Source of the DNA: a bacterium
Lineage (GTDB): Bacteria > Nitrospirota > Thermodesulfovibrionia > Thermodesulfovibrionales > JdFR-85
Assembly: GCA_036244995.1 (NCBI GenBank)
Contig: BTTF01000002.1
Location: forward strand, 1-47,980
Direction: 5' to 3'
DNA: 47,980 nt
Shown: in pieces, positions 9,033 to 17,188 of the stretch
Layout of the letters: each line of letters opens with the position of its first letter
Numbering within the stretch: position 1 is the stretch's first letter
Program-made: the position numbers and the translations under genes
The notes under the pieces: generated by a model
Database searches by the model: none
Seen by the model: only the letters and a program-made list of their open reading frames with translations
What the model was told of the DNA's origin: nothing

Positions 9033-9638
9033 TCAGTATTTAGCAAGTGTCCGGATAGCATCTTTTACTACCCTCAACAGTGTCTCACTCATAGTCTCTG
9101 TCCTTGCACCAAAATGTCTGGCCATAAACCCGCCCCCAACACCCGTGCTTGTAACCGACCATATAATGCTCCCTGAACCTGTATCTGCCATCATAAGGGT
9201 AATGGTTACATTTGGTGCGGAAATACTTCCCATCCTGACCATTCCGAACTGCTCAACAGAGCCGAAAATAAGCGCCTGCACGCCAAGGGCAGTCCCCAAA
9301 GCCTTTATCTGTTCAGTGTTCAGGGATGAGACAGACTTAATCCCCAGACGGTCAATGGCAGCCTTTACCTCTCCGGGAATCACTACATCAACAAGACCCG
9401 AGGCCAGCAGTTCACTGATAACCACCTGCCTTACAGCCTCAGCGGCAAATCTCTCACTGGTCAGATTATTCAAAGGCAATACCGCTACCCGTTTTATAAA
9501 ACCGAAATCCACATCCTGACGGACATGAAATGAAGGCATGCTGCTACGACATCCTGCGCCAAGGAGCAATAGACAGAGCATACCTGTCAGGGCATATTTC
9601 TTCAGCAAGTCCATATCGTTTCTCCTTTTATTCTTCAT
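9033..9638 (-). CDS. lipoprotein with a CsgG/TolB-N/DUF799-like module
   Basis: 201-aa ORF with lipobox LLGAGC. The module reads VAVLPLNNLT...ALIFGSVEQFG...TITLMMADTGSGSIIWS. Confidence 0.65.
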   Translation of the reverse strand: MKNKRRNDMDLLKKYALTGMLCLLLLGAGCRSSMPSFHVRQDVDFGFIKRVAVLPLNNLTSERFAAEAVRQVVISELLASGLVDVVIPGEVKAAIDRLGIKSVSSLNTEQIKALGTALGVQALIFGSVEQFGMVRMGSISAPNVTITLMMADTGSGSIIWSVTSTGVGGGFMARHFGARTETMSETLLRVVKDAIRTLAKY

Positions 9639-9686
9639 ATAGTCAATGGCAAATGATTATCCTGTTCATAATTAAGCATTCCCTGT

Positions 9687-10283
9687 CTAAAATAATGCAT
9701 CAATGGTTTCTTTTACAACCTTCCCGGCAGTTTCACTCAATGTAATGCCCTCTGTACCAAAGTGTCTGGTCCAGAAACCGGGACCGCCTGCTGTGTTCCA
9801 GGCAGACCATATAATGTTGCCGGTGGACGTATCAAGCATCATCAGGTGGATTGATACCTCCGGATAAGAGGTTGTAATCCCCCGGCTTATCCCAAAGGCC
9901 CCAACCGAGCCCATCATTACTGCCTTTACGTTCAGTCTTTCCCCTATCTTCCGTATATCCTCAATCGTTATACCTCCAAGGGATCTGATCTTTAATTCCC
10001 TCAGTACCCTTGTTACCTCACCAGGCTCGATAACATCGACTCCCCTGGTAAGGAGCTCCGATATAACCATCCCCCGGATCTTTTCACCGGCATATTCATC
10101 CGTGGTAAGGGTTTCCAGCGGCAACACCGCTATCTTCCTTATACTGCGAATATCAACATCCGGCCGGATATATTGTCTCGGGACAGCACAGCCCCACATG
10201 AAAATCAGTAAAAGAGACAGGGCCGGAAGCAGAGGCCCGGGAAGCATCCTGTTTTGCTTTTTTTCCTTAACTCTATCAATCAT
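9687..10283 (-). CDS. lipoprotein with a CsgG/TolB-N/DUF799-like module (paralog of 9033..9638)
   Basis: 198-aa ORF with lipobox FMWGC. The module reads IAVLPLETLT...AVMMGSVGAFG...SIHLMMLDTSTGNIIWS and is clearly alignable to the previous gene. Confidence 0.65.
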   Translation of the reverse strand: MIDRVKEKKQNRMLPGPLLPALSLLLIFMWGCAVPRQYIRPDVDIRSIRKIAVLPLETLTTDEYAGEKIRGMVISELLTRGVDVIEPGEVTRVLRELKIRSLGGITIEDIRKIGERLNVKAVMMGSVGAFGISRGITTSYPEVSIHLMMLDTSTGNIIWSAWNTAGGPGFWTRHFGTEGITLSETAGKVVKETIDALF

Positions 10284-10315
10284 ATTCTCATTCCAACCTG
10301 TTCGAGTTGTCTTTT

Positions 10316-10418
10316 CCTGTCATTCCGGCTCCTGTTCTCCGTAGTATTACGAAGGATGAATGTCCGGAATCGTTCTTTAAGAAGGATTCCGGACTCGCTT
10401 CACTTGCGGGAATGACAA
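10316..10418. repeat. REP-like nested palindromic intergenic element
   Basis: The outer inverted repeat is tgtcattcc...ggaatgaca. The inner near-perfect 34-nt palindrome is gtccggaatcgttctt-ta-aagaaggattccggac. The element lies between the lipoprotein gene start and the barrel gene stop. Confidence 0.6.
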
Positions 10419-10462
10419 ATGATTGCACTTTATATAATAACACTAATTATAATTCAGACATG

Positions 10463-12736
10463 TCAGAATCTGCAATTCAAATTCGCACCAATCATATAGG
10501 TTTCCGTCTTTTTCTCCCTGACACTCTGTGTATAGTTATACGTAAGGCGGATATCAATAAACTTTGTAATATACCATAACCCGTAGCCACTGAGCGAGTC
10601 GTCAGTTGAAGAGTCCGGTTCAGAACGGGCATGCTGATAGTTTAAGTTCACTTTAAGGACAGGCACGGGAAGCCAATCAATTAAAACTCCCTTGGAAGTC
10701 GTTGTATTGCCGTCAACATCCGAAACCCTGAAACTTCCGGAAAGATTGATAAACCGGCCCGGTCGGTATGTAATTATTGTGCCACCCTCATTTGAATCCG
10801 AAGATGTAATGTCTGACGATTGCCGGTTAAAGCCATATATGAGATTTGCCGTCAGCTTCCGGGTAAGAAATGCATCAAGTGAGCCACGGATAAAACGGGA
10901 AATAAGGTGAGAACCTGATGTATAGGATTTCGAGTCCGTGTATCCAATGTCGGTAATCATGTTGACGCCCCTGTAAAGTCTCGAACCTGCACTTAACAGC
11001 AATGAATTATTCAGGGACTGTTTCTCACCAAAGCTGAATCTGTCACTCCTGATTAATGCAAGGGTTGTATCGAGGGTTGGCAAAGGAGTAGAGTTAAAGG
11101 AGAGGGAATAAATATTGGAGCTGATATCCGTCACCTCTTTATTGTCAAATGCCTCGTTTCTCTGAAAACGGAAAGTAGTAGTAAGCAATCTGTGGGTTAC
11201 CCATGCTGAGGTAATACTGTAGGTCCTTGTTATATTACTAATCAGCCCTTCCGCCTCACCTGCTGTGGATTTACTGAAAACATTTACAAAAATACCGGCT
11301 ATAGAGTCCGGAAGGGACACAGTGTTCTGGTCTGTCCTGTCAATATAGCAATTAAAGAGAAGGCTTAACCTTTTTACAGGCATCAGCTTCACACTGAGGT
11401 TTAACCCCTGAGTAAAAACCCTCGTCACCTTCGTAACCTTGCCTGTGTCGGGGACCAAGTCCATACCGTAAGCCTCGATTTCTGTTACCAGAACATCACT
11501 TAAGCCGGACTTGACCTGATTGATCACCTTGAAATAGCGTGCATTCTGACCGGCAGAGAACCTTATCTCATACCGGTATACACTATTAACTATATCCGTA
11601 GATACCACCACACTCTGGATAGCTACTTCCGTCCAGTCCCCGCTATTATAATCACTCCGGTAGGCCCTCCAGTTATACGGAGTTATAAGGCCGATATCAG
11701 CACTGACATCTTTATCTACATAAATATATAATCTGTCTACCTCCTCCGATGATGACAAAACCTCTATACCTATATTATTGTACACCTGGCCGTTACTACC
11801 GAGGTTGATTCCGGTTGACGTCTGATAATCCTTGTCAATCAGGGACGGCTTGTTATTCAATATATCCACTTCGCTTTTATTTGCATCTATGGCATAGAGC
11901 CCACTAAGCGGTGTTCGCTCGAAAAGCACGTTGCCCGTCTGGGTCACAAACTGCTGCCTCCTGTTCCGCACATAGTTCCCCTGATAGACTGCAGACACCC
12001 TGGTCCTGCCCCGCTGGAAGGAACGGGAGTAACCGATTCTGTACAGGCCGTTAAAATTGTCGCCGATTGATTTAGCCAGTATATCAGTCGGTGCCTCGTC
12101 CACCGTATGCCTGTAAGTAAGGCTGTAGGAGAGGTCTAAATCCCTGAACGAGTATTGATAAATGGAACTTCCGGAATATCCGGTATATCCGGTACTGGTT
12201 TTGTCTGTTTCATTAACAAGGAAGTGTGTGTAGTCCCTCTTTTTGTCAAACTGCAGGAAGAGGGAAGGCAACTCCAGGGGTTTTACATTAAGACGGGAAT
12301 AATAATATTCAGAAGTTTCCCTGCTGTTGTCTCTCAGGTGTGCAGTTGACCACTGCTCCTGACGGCGATAACCTGTACTCAGGTCATAGACGGAGTTCCG
12401 GAGGAACAGGTCTATTGCCGGCTCAACCGCCCTCTTGTAAGCGGTGGTAGTCACACCGGCAGGGTCTGTAAGGTCGGAATCCAGCAAACCTGACCTGAAA
12501 TAGAGTTGATAGGAAAGCATCGGCGTGATTGATTTATCCAGACGCAGATAGAAATTTCGATAAAATGTCTTGTTGACTGATATTTGTTTGTCATCCTCAA
12601 ACTGCTTCGTAGTATTATGATTCAACTCTGCCCATCCCTTGAGGCCTTCGGCAAAAGCAGGGCCGCCAAGACAGGCACTCAGTAATGCTATTGCGATAAT
12701 TTTCCATAATATCTTCCGCATAAGCTCGTCAGTCAA
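10463..12736 (-). CDS. large outer-membrane beta-barrel protein with an inserted discoidin (F5/8 type C)-like domain
   Basis: 757-aa ORF with a signal peptide (IIAIALLSACLGGPAFA-EG). The sequence alternates in an aromatic-rich beta-strand pattern and ends in a C-terminal Phe (NLNCRF). Residues about 285-424 end in ARYFKV...VTEIEAYG, a typical discoidin C-terminus. Alternative ATG start at 12721. Confidence 0.7.
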   Translation of the reverse strand: MTDELMRKILWKIIAIALLSACLGGPAFAEGLKGWAELNHNTTKQFEDDKQISVNKTFYRNFYLRLDKSITPMLSYQLYFRSGLLDSDLTDPAGVTTTAYKRAVEPAIDLFLRNSVYDLSTGYRRQEQWSTAHLRDNSRETSEYYYSRLNVKPLELPSLFLQFDKKRDYTHFLVNETDKTSTGYTGYSGSSIYQYSFRDLDLSYSLTYRHTVDEAPTDILAKSIGDNFNGLYRIGYSRSFQRGRTRVSAVYQGNYVRNRRQQFVTQTGNVLFERTPLSGLYAIDANKSEVDILNNKPSLIDKDYQTSTGINLGSNGQVYNNIGIEVLSSSEEVDRLYIYVDKDVSADIGLITPYNWRAYRSDYNSGDWTEVAIQSVVVSTDIVNSVYRYEIRFSAGQNARYFKVINQVKSGLSDVLVTEIEAYGMDLVPDTGKVTKVTRVFTQGLNLSVKLMPVKRLSLLFNCYIDRTDQNTVSLPDSIAGIFVNVFSKSTAGEAEGLISNITRTYSITSAWVTHRLLTTTFRFQRNEAFDNKEVTDISSNIYSLSFNSTPLPTLDTTLALIRSDRFSFGEKQSLNNSLLLSAGSRLYRGVNMITDIGYTDSKSYTSGSHLISRFIRGSLDAFLTRKLTANLIYGFNRQSSDITSSDSNEGGTIITYRPGRFINLSGSFRVSDVDGNTTTSKGVLIDWLPVPVLKVNLNYQHARSEPDSSTDDSLSGYGLWYITKFIDIRLTYNYTQSVREKKTETYMIGANLNCRF

Positions 12737-12884
12737 TAGTCTTTGACAATAATCGCCGACCTGATGTTTGCCATTGACTATCGTTCAGTATGGATTCAAA
12801 CCCAAACCTGGGGTTAACACTCTAATTCAATCGGTTTCTCTATCTGCATTCTCTGTGCTCTCTGGTTAATCAAATTTTTTATTC

Positions 12885-14480
12885 CTAATACGGAAACATT
12901 GCTATGCCATAGGGATTTTTACCCACAGGGATAACCCTTTCTACTTCTCTTGCAGTTCTATCTACTACAGAGACATTATCGGAACCCCGGTTAACTACAT
13001 AGAGATTTCTGACCTCAGGGTCCATAATCATGGACCTCGGAGAAGTTCCTACAGGTATGGTACCTATTACCAGGGGCATTACCGTACCCACAGTATAGTA
13101 ATCCTCCAAAAGGGGTCTGATAATCATTATCTCACCAGGAACCTCCCTCAACAGATAAAGCCTGTCAAAGGACGGGTCAACAACAACTCCTGTGACAGAG
13201 GTACCCACATCACTGATATCGCTGACAGCTCCCTTCTCATCCCCTTTAATAACCTTTATGATATCTATGACCGAGAGCCTGTCGGAACCATAATTAGCCA
13301 CATAGACCTTTCCCCTCTGATAGTCTATAGCGAGCGCCACCGGGCTCCATTCTACACTTAACCTGGCAACCTCTTCAAGCCTGCCGCTCTGCAGGTCCAT
13401 CCTCAGTACCGAGACATCCCTGGAATCCTTATTAACTACATACACATTAAAATATCTTTCACGGTAATTTCTTAAGATATTAACATCCTCAAGACTGAGA
13501 AACCGCGACGCCGTGACAGTCTCTGCCGGTGGGTCTACTGCCACTGCTATCGGACCATTCCCGACATCTACCTTATCTATCTCCTGATAGGTTGAAGCAT
13601 CAACAACGGATACCGTATCAGAGGCATAATCGGTCACGAAGATAAGGTCCTCCCCTGAGGGTCCCCTGGCTACCGCTATACCCTCCGGGGCACTACCAAA
13701 CCGGATCGGTATCTCCTGTTCCACTTTATTAGTGGTAGGATCAATCACTGAAATGCTGTTAGAGCCTGAGTTTGCCACATAAACCCTCAAACGGTCCCTC
13801 CTCAAACCTGCAGCAATACCTCTGGGTCTCCTCCCCACCCTTACAGTTGCTACAACCTCACCTAATTGTCTGTTAATCACGGAGACATTATTCGAATCCT
13901 CATTGGTAACATAAACAAGAAGACTGCTGAGCTCCGGGACCTGCCCCTTAACAGCAAAAACAGGCTTAAACAGGTATTTATCGGCAACAGAAGCATCTGC
14001 ATCCCAAGTCAGGAACAATGATGTGTCCTGGTCTTTATATACGGTAATATTTACGGCTACCTCTATTCCGCCGGAAGGCAAGGCTAAACGTGCCATCCTG
14101 CCTTTTCTCCTGATCAATGCCCGTTTAACAACAAGCCGGAGTTTTTTATATCTGCCCTCCGGTAGACTTTTTTCAGCTAAAAGTATCTGACGGCCCTTCA
14201 CGGCAATGGAATTTATATTCAGAGGGGTGCTCGTTATCTCTCTATAGGTACCGTCTTCCGCCATAATATCGATTGCGGTCAGATCAAATGAAATATCAAC
14301 AGAAGTATCATCTGCACCCTTCAAAAAAAGGTCAATCTGTCCCCGGGAATGCCCGGAGACATTCCGCTGTCCCTTAATGGCCGTGCATCCCGTTAAAAGG
14401 AAAAACGAGCAAAAGACCAGGAACATGAAACTCCTCGCTAAAACTGCTGTATCTTTATAAAGATGTCCATTGTTCGACAT
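12885..14480 (-). CDS. lipoprotein with a DUF4382-like N-domain and a YVTN-family beta-propeller
   Basis: Lipobox LLTGC. It carries repeated YVTN motifs: VYVANSGSNSISVID, IFVTDYASDTVSVVD, VYVVNKDSRDVSVL, VYVANYGSDRLSVID and LYVVNRGSDNVSVVD. I chose the ATG at 14480 (GGGAG upstream, 32-aa signal). The ORF is open up to 14555. Confidence 0.75.
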   Translation of the reverse strand: MSNNGHLYKDTAVLARSFMFLVFCSFFLLTGCTAIKGQRNVSGHSRGQIDLFLKGADDTSVDISFDLTAIDIMAEDGTYREITSTPLNINSIAVKGRQILLAEKSLPEGRYKKLRLVVKRALIRRKGRMARLALPSGGIEVAVNITVYKDQDTSLFLTWDADASVADKYLFKPVFAVKGQVPELSSLLVYVTNEDSNNVSVINRQLGEVVATVRVGRRPRGIAAGLRRDRLRVYVANSGSNSISVIDPTTNKVEQEIPIRFGSAPEGIAVARGPSGEDLIFVTDYASDTVSVVDASTYQEIDKVDVGNGPIAVAVDPPAETVTASRFLSLEDVNILRNYRERYFNVYVVNKDSRDVSVLRMDLQSGRLEEVARLSVEWSPVALAIDYQRGKVYVANYGSDRLSVIDIIKVIKGDEKGAVSDISDVGTSVTGVVVDPSFDRLYLLREVPGEIMIIRPLLEDYYTVGTVMPLVIGTIPVGTSPRSMIMDPEVRNLYVVNRGSDNVSVVDRTAREVERVIPVGKNPYGIAMFPY

Positions 14481-14588
14481 AAACTCCCGGGTTTCGACAA
14501 AATGTTTTTTTGTTATATTTGCAATCAACCTAATTTGCTGATAATTGCTGTACATCTTTCGCCTTATCTTAGTTTTTTTCAGACCTCC

Positions 14589-15524
14589 TTACTCCTTAGG
14601 CTGATACACTTCCACCCTGTTATTAAAGGTATCGGCAATCAGTATCCTGCCTGTTGAGTCGATTGATATATCCCTGGGGTACTGAAACCATCCTGCTGAC
14701 AGGCCAAGACCCCCAAACTCGAACAGATAGTTACCGTTCCTGTCATACGCAGAGACAGTATGACGCATATAATCCACCACATACATCCTTCCGTTTCGAT
14801 TATCTACTCCAACAGCCATCGGACGGCTCAGCTTGCCTGTACTCCCTCCCTTACGGCCAAATTTGAAAAGAAACTTCCTGTTCTTATCATAGACATATAT
14901 ATGTCCCATTTCCTCGCTGACAAGATATATCCTGCCTGCCTTATCCAGGGTCACATCGTTTAATTTCACCTTTCTCCCCTCTTCTTCAGGTGATATTATC
15001 TCCAGGAGACGGCCTTGATTACTCAGGACCAGAACACCGGGGAAATAGGATCCCGCCACATAGATATTACCCGCTTTATCCATGGCCAGGCGATACGGGT
15101 TAAACGACCCGGATCCCTCAAAACCCTTCAGATAAATATCACGCACCCACTTAAGACATGCGTTGAAAACAGAAATTCTGTGTCTGGGGTTATCTTTTGT
15201 GGCAGACTGAACAACGTAAAGATTACCTTCAGCATCCAGAGTCAACCCCTGGGGTGATTCAATGCCGTTTCTTTTATCAAGGGTAAACAGGGGGAAAAAA
15301 TCCGATGTATATATGATAATCCTGCTTTTCCCATCAATAACGTAAACCTCTTTACTGACCGGATCCGCCCACACAAAGGAAGGGAAAAACAACCCGTCTT
15401 CTTCTGCTTCCACTATGCTGTATGCATGGACTACAGGAACATCCTGCAACTGGGCCTCTATCTTGCGCTGGACGAGAAGAAAGGGCATTACAAAGGAAAT
15501 AATTATAACAAGGATACGGAACAT
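14589..15524 (-). CDS. NHL-repeat beta-propeller protein, secreted
   Basis: 311-aa ORF with AGGAGG upstream of the ATG and a signal peptide. NHL-type repeats include GNLYVVQS, GNIYVAGS, GRIYLVSEEMGHIYVYD, GRMYVVDYMRHTVSAYD and GRILIADTFNNRVEVY. Confidence 0.75.
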   Translation of the reverse strand: MFRILVIIISFVMPFLLVQRKIEAQLQDVPVVHAYSIVEAEEDGLFFPSFVWADPVSKEVYVIDGKSRIIIYTSDFFPLFTLDKRNGIESPQGLTLDAEGNLYVVQSATKDNPRHRISVFNACLKWVRDIYLKGFEGSGSFNPYRLAMDKAGNIYVAGSYFPGVLVLSNQGRLLEIISPEEEGRKVKLNDVTLDKAGRIYLVSEEMGHIYVYDKNRKFLFKFGRKGGSTGKLSRPMAVGVDNRNGRMYVVDYMRHTVSAYDRNGNYLFEFGGLGLSAGWFQYPRDISIDSTGRILIADTFNNRVEVYQPKE

Positions 15525-15633
15525 AAACCTCCTGAATCAAATCTCAATCATACAATTAAGATACGGCATTGACATAATAAAGTTTTTAGAACCTTTCCCC
15601 CCATGCCAACTCTTTCAATATCAGGGTATCCAT

Positions 15634-15669
15634 AAAAAACATGGGTATCGTAAGATACCCATGTTTTTT
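15634..15669 (-). terminator. strong (bidirectional) intrinsic terminator after OmcS-like paralog 2
   Basis: The sequence aaaaaacatgggtatc-gtaa-gatacccatgtttttt gives a perfect 11-bp GC-containing stem flanked by A6 and T6. It lies 40 nt downstream of the stop at 15710. Confidence 0.8.
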
Positions 15670-15709
15670 AAATCCAGCCGTTAGCCCGAAAGTTTCTCTT
15701 CAATTATAT

Positions 15710-16792
15710 TTAGTAGGCATCTTTCTGTGTATGACACCTCAAACAACCTGTACCGGAGCTCAGACTCGTCTGATAGCTGAACCGCAGACTATCGGGATAA
15801 GGAGAACCATGGGGCCTGTGACAGGAAAGGCATATGACCCTGTCGGTGCCGGCGGTAACAGTCCCTATTGCTGCAGTCAACCCGTCAGCCAGTGATGCCG
15901 CAGGCCTTCCAACCGGAGTCTCATCACTATACGTAGTTGATACAGAAGCAAACTCCCCTGAGGCCGGGATTACCACATCTGTCGGGTGTCTCAGCCACGG
16001 TGATGCAGAACCGATACCGCTGGTTCCACCTATATGGAACGTGGAATGACATTCAGAGCACAGCTCACTGATTGTTCCCTTCATATTTGCCCATGTGTCA
16101 GTAGTACCCCTCGTGGCATAGGTTTCAGCCAGATACTCGTTGTGGTCCGTAGCAGTCACGGTATTCTGCCAGTCACTGTCCTCTGCACCCTTTATCTTGT
16201 AGAGAAACCTGTAACTGGTTGCCACGCTGGCCCCCTGCCCGGTCAATGTAAAACCGCTGCCGTACTTGAGGATCGAGTCATCACCGTGATGTCCCCCGCT
16301 GACTGCGGTCCACTGATCAGATGAATTCCTGTTGCCGTGACAACCGTTAGACCCGGCGCACACCAGACGGCTGGCAGTATTAAACCCTGTTGTTGAGGGG
16401 TCATAGGCGCTGTTATATCCAGGCGGAGTATTGCCGAGTGCGGCATCTGCCGAGGTCACTATACCCTCAACATTATGACCATAGGAGTCCCCGTTGTTCA
16501 CAACATACGAAAAATTCCCTCCCGCTAGGTCTGTAGAGGCAGAATGGTAGACCTGGGGTATGGAGTTGACGATATTGCTGGAGGTGTTCTGTGCATGACA
16601 GCCTACACAGCTACCCCGGAGCAGTTTCCCGTTAGGAGTAGTCGAGTGATCATACGTCATAGGAGCGCCATCCTGGCTGTTATGCATGGTGTGACAGCTT
16701 GAACAAACACCGGATACTTTGGCATCAGCATAAGAATAAATAAAAATTGCAGACAGAAATACTAAAAGCATTGTCATCAATGTTTTTTTCAT
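15710..16792 (-). CDS. OmcS-like hexaheme c-type cytochrome, paralog 2
   Basis: 360-aa ORF with GGGAGG 9 nt upstream of the ATG and a signal peptide ending YADA-KV. It has the same motif series as paralog 1 (CSSCHTMHNS, GHNV, CAGSNGCH, WLRHPT, CLSCHRPHGSP, CLRCHT). The central 460 nt are about 92% identical to paralog 1. Confidence 0.8.
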   Translation of the reverse strand: MKKTLMTMLLVFLSAIFIYSYADAKVSGVCSSCHTMHNSQDGAPMTYDHSTTPNGKLLRGSCVGCHAQNTSSNIVNSIPQVYHSASTDLAGGNFSYVVNNGDSYGHNVEGIVTSADAALGNTPPGYNSAYDPSTTGFNTASRLVCAGSNGCHGNRNSSDQWTAVSGGHHGDDSILKYGSGFTLTGQGASVATSYRFLYKIKGAEDSDWQNTVTATDHNEYLAETYATRGTTDTWANMKGTISELCSECHSTFHIGGTSGIGSASPWLRHPTDVVIPASGEFASVSTTYSDETPVGRPAASLADGLTAAIGTVTAGTDRVICLSCHRPHGSPYPDSLRFSYQTSLSSGTGCLRCHTQKDAY

Positions 16793-17005
16793 CTATACTT
16801 TCCTCCCTTGTTTTCGGGGTCTGTCCAGAAATGCACAAAAACAGAACATGCTGCCCTTGCCTGCTGAATGACCCTCTATAACAGCCCACGCATTATTAGA
16901 TTATCTATACAAGTATGAAATAGTGCAATAATTATGCCAAGAGACTTTGTTTACATACATAGGGGTGTACGCACTGAATCACTTTTTTAATACTTTTGCG
17001 ATGCT

Positions 17006-17035
17006 AATATAACACATACAAGGTTTTTTTGTCAA
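17006..17035 (-). promoter_or_regulatory. sigma-70 promoter for OmcS-like paralog 2 (TTGACA, 18-nt spacer, TATATT)
   Basis: The minus strand reads TTGACA-18 nt-TATATT. The predicted leader to the ATG at 16792 is about 210 nt. Confidence 0.5.
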
Positions 17036-17188
17036 ATAACTTTTTCAGCCCCTTCAGTCCCGGGCTGAATGGTCGGAGCTATAAATTTAACAGGCAATCC
17101 CGCTATTCTGTAGTTTTCTACATACTTTATGTAACATTTTACACAATCATTCCAGCTCTGCTCTCCGCCAATATCAAATAACAACGGT

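Noticed and set aside
7816-10283. Interpretation of the lipoprotein triplet as flagellar outer-ring proteins (FlgO/FlgP/FlgT-like).
   Set aside because: The genes are embedded in the cytochrome operon, 28 kb from the flagellar cluster and on the opposite strand. The fold class is shared with many non-flagellar scaffolds. I keep this only as an alternative hypothesis.
10307-10579. 90-aa plus-strand ORF (MSFPVIPAPV...).
   Set aside because: It is translated from the REP-like palindrome and then runs antisense into the barrel gene 3' end. This is a typical repeat-derived pseudo-ORF.
16793-17005. Possible GEMM-I (c-di-GMP/cGAMP) riboswitch in the leader of OmcS-like paralog 2 and in 20925-21300, by analogy with Geobacter omcS.
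   Set aside because: I could not find the conserved GEMM-I features (ACGCAAAGC-type junction, GNRA tetraloop/receptor arrangement) by eye. A covariance-model scan is still needed.
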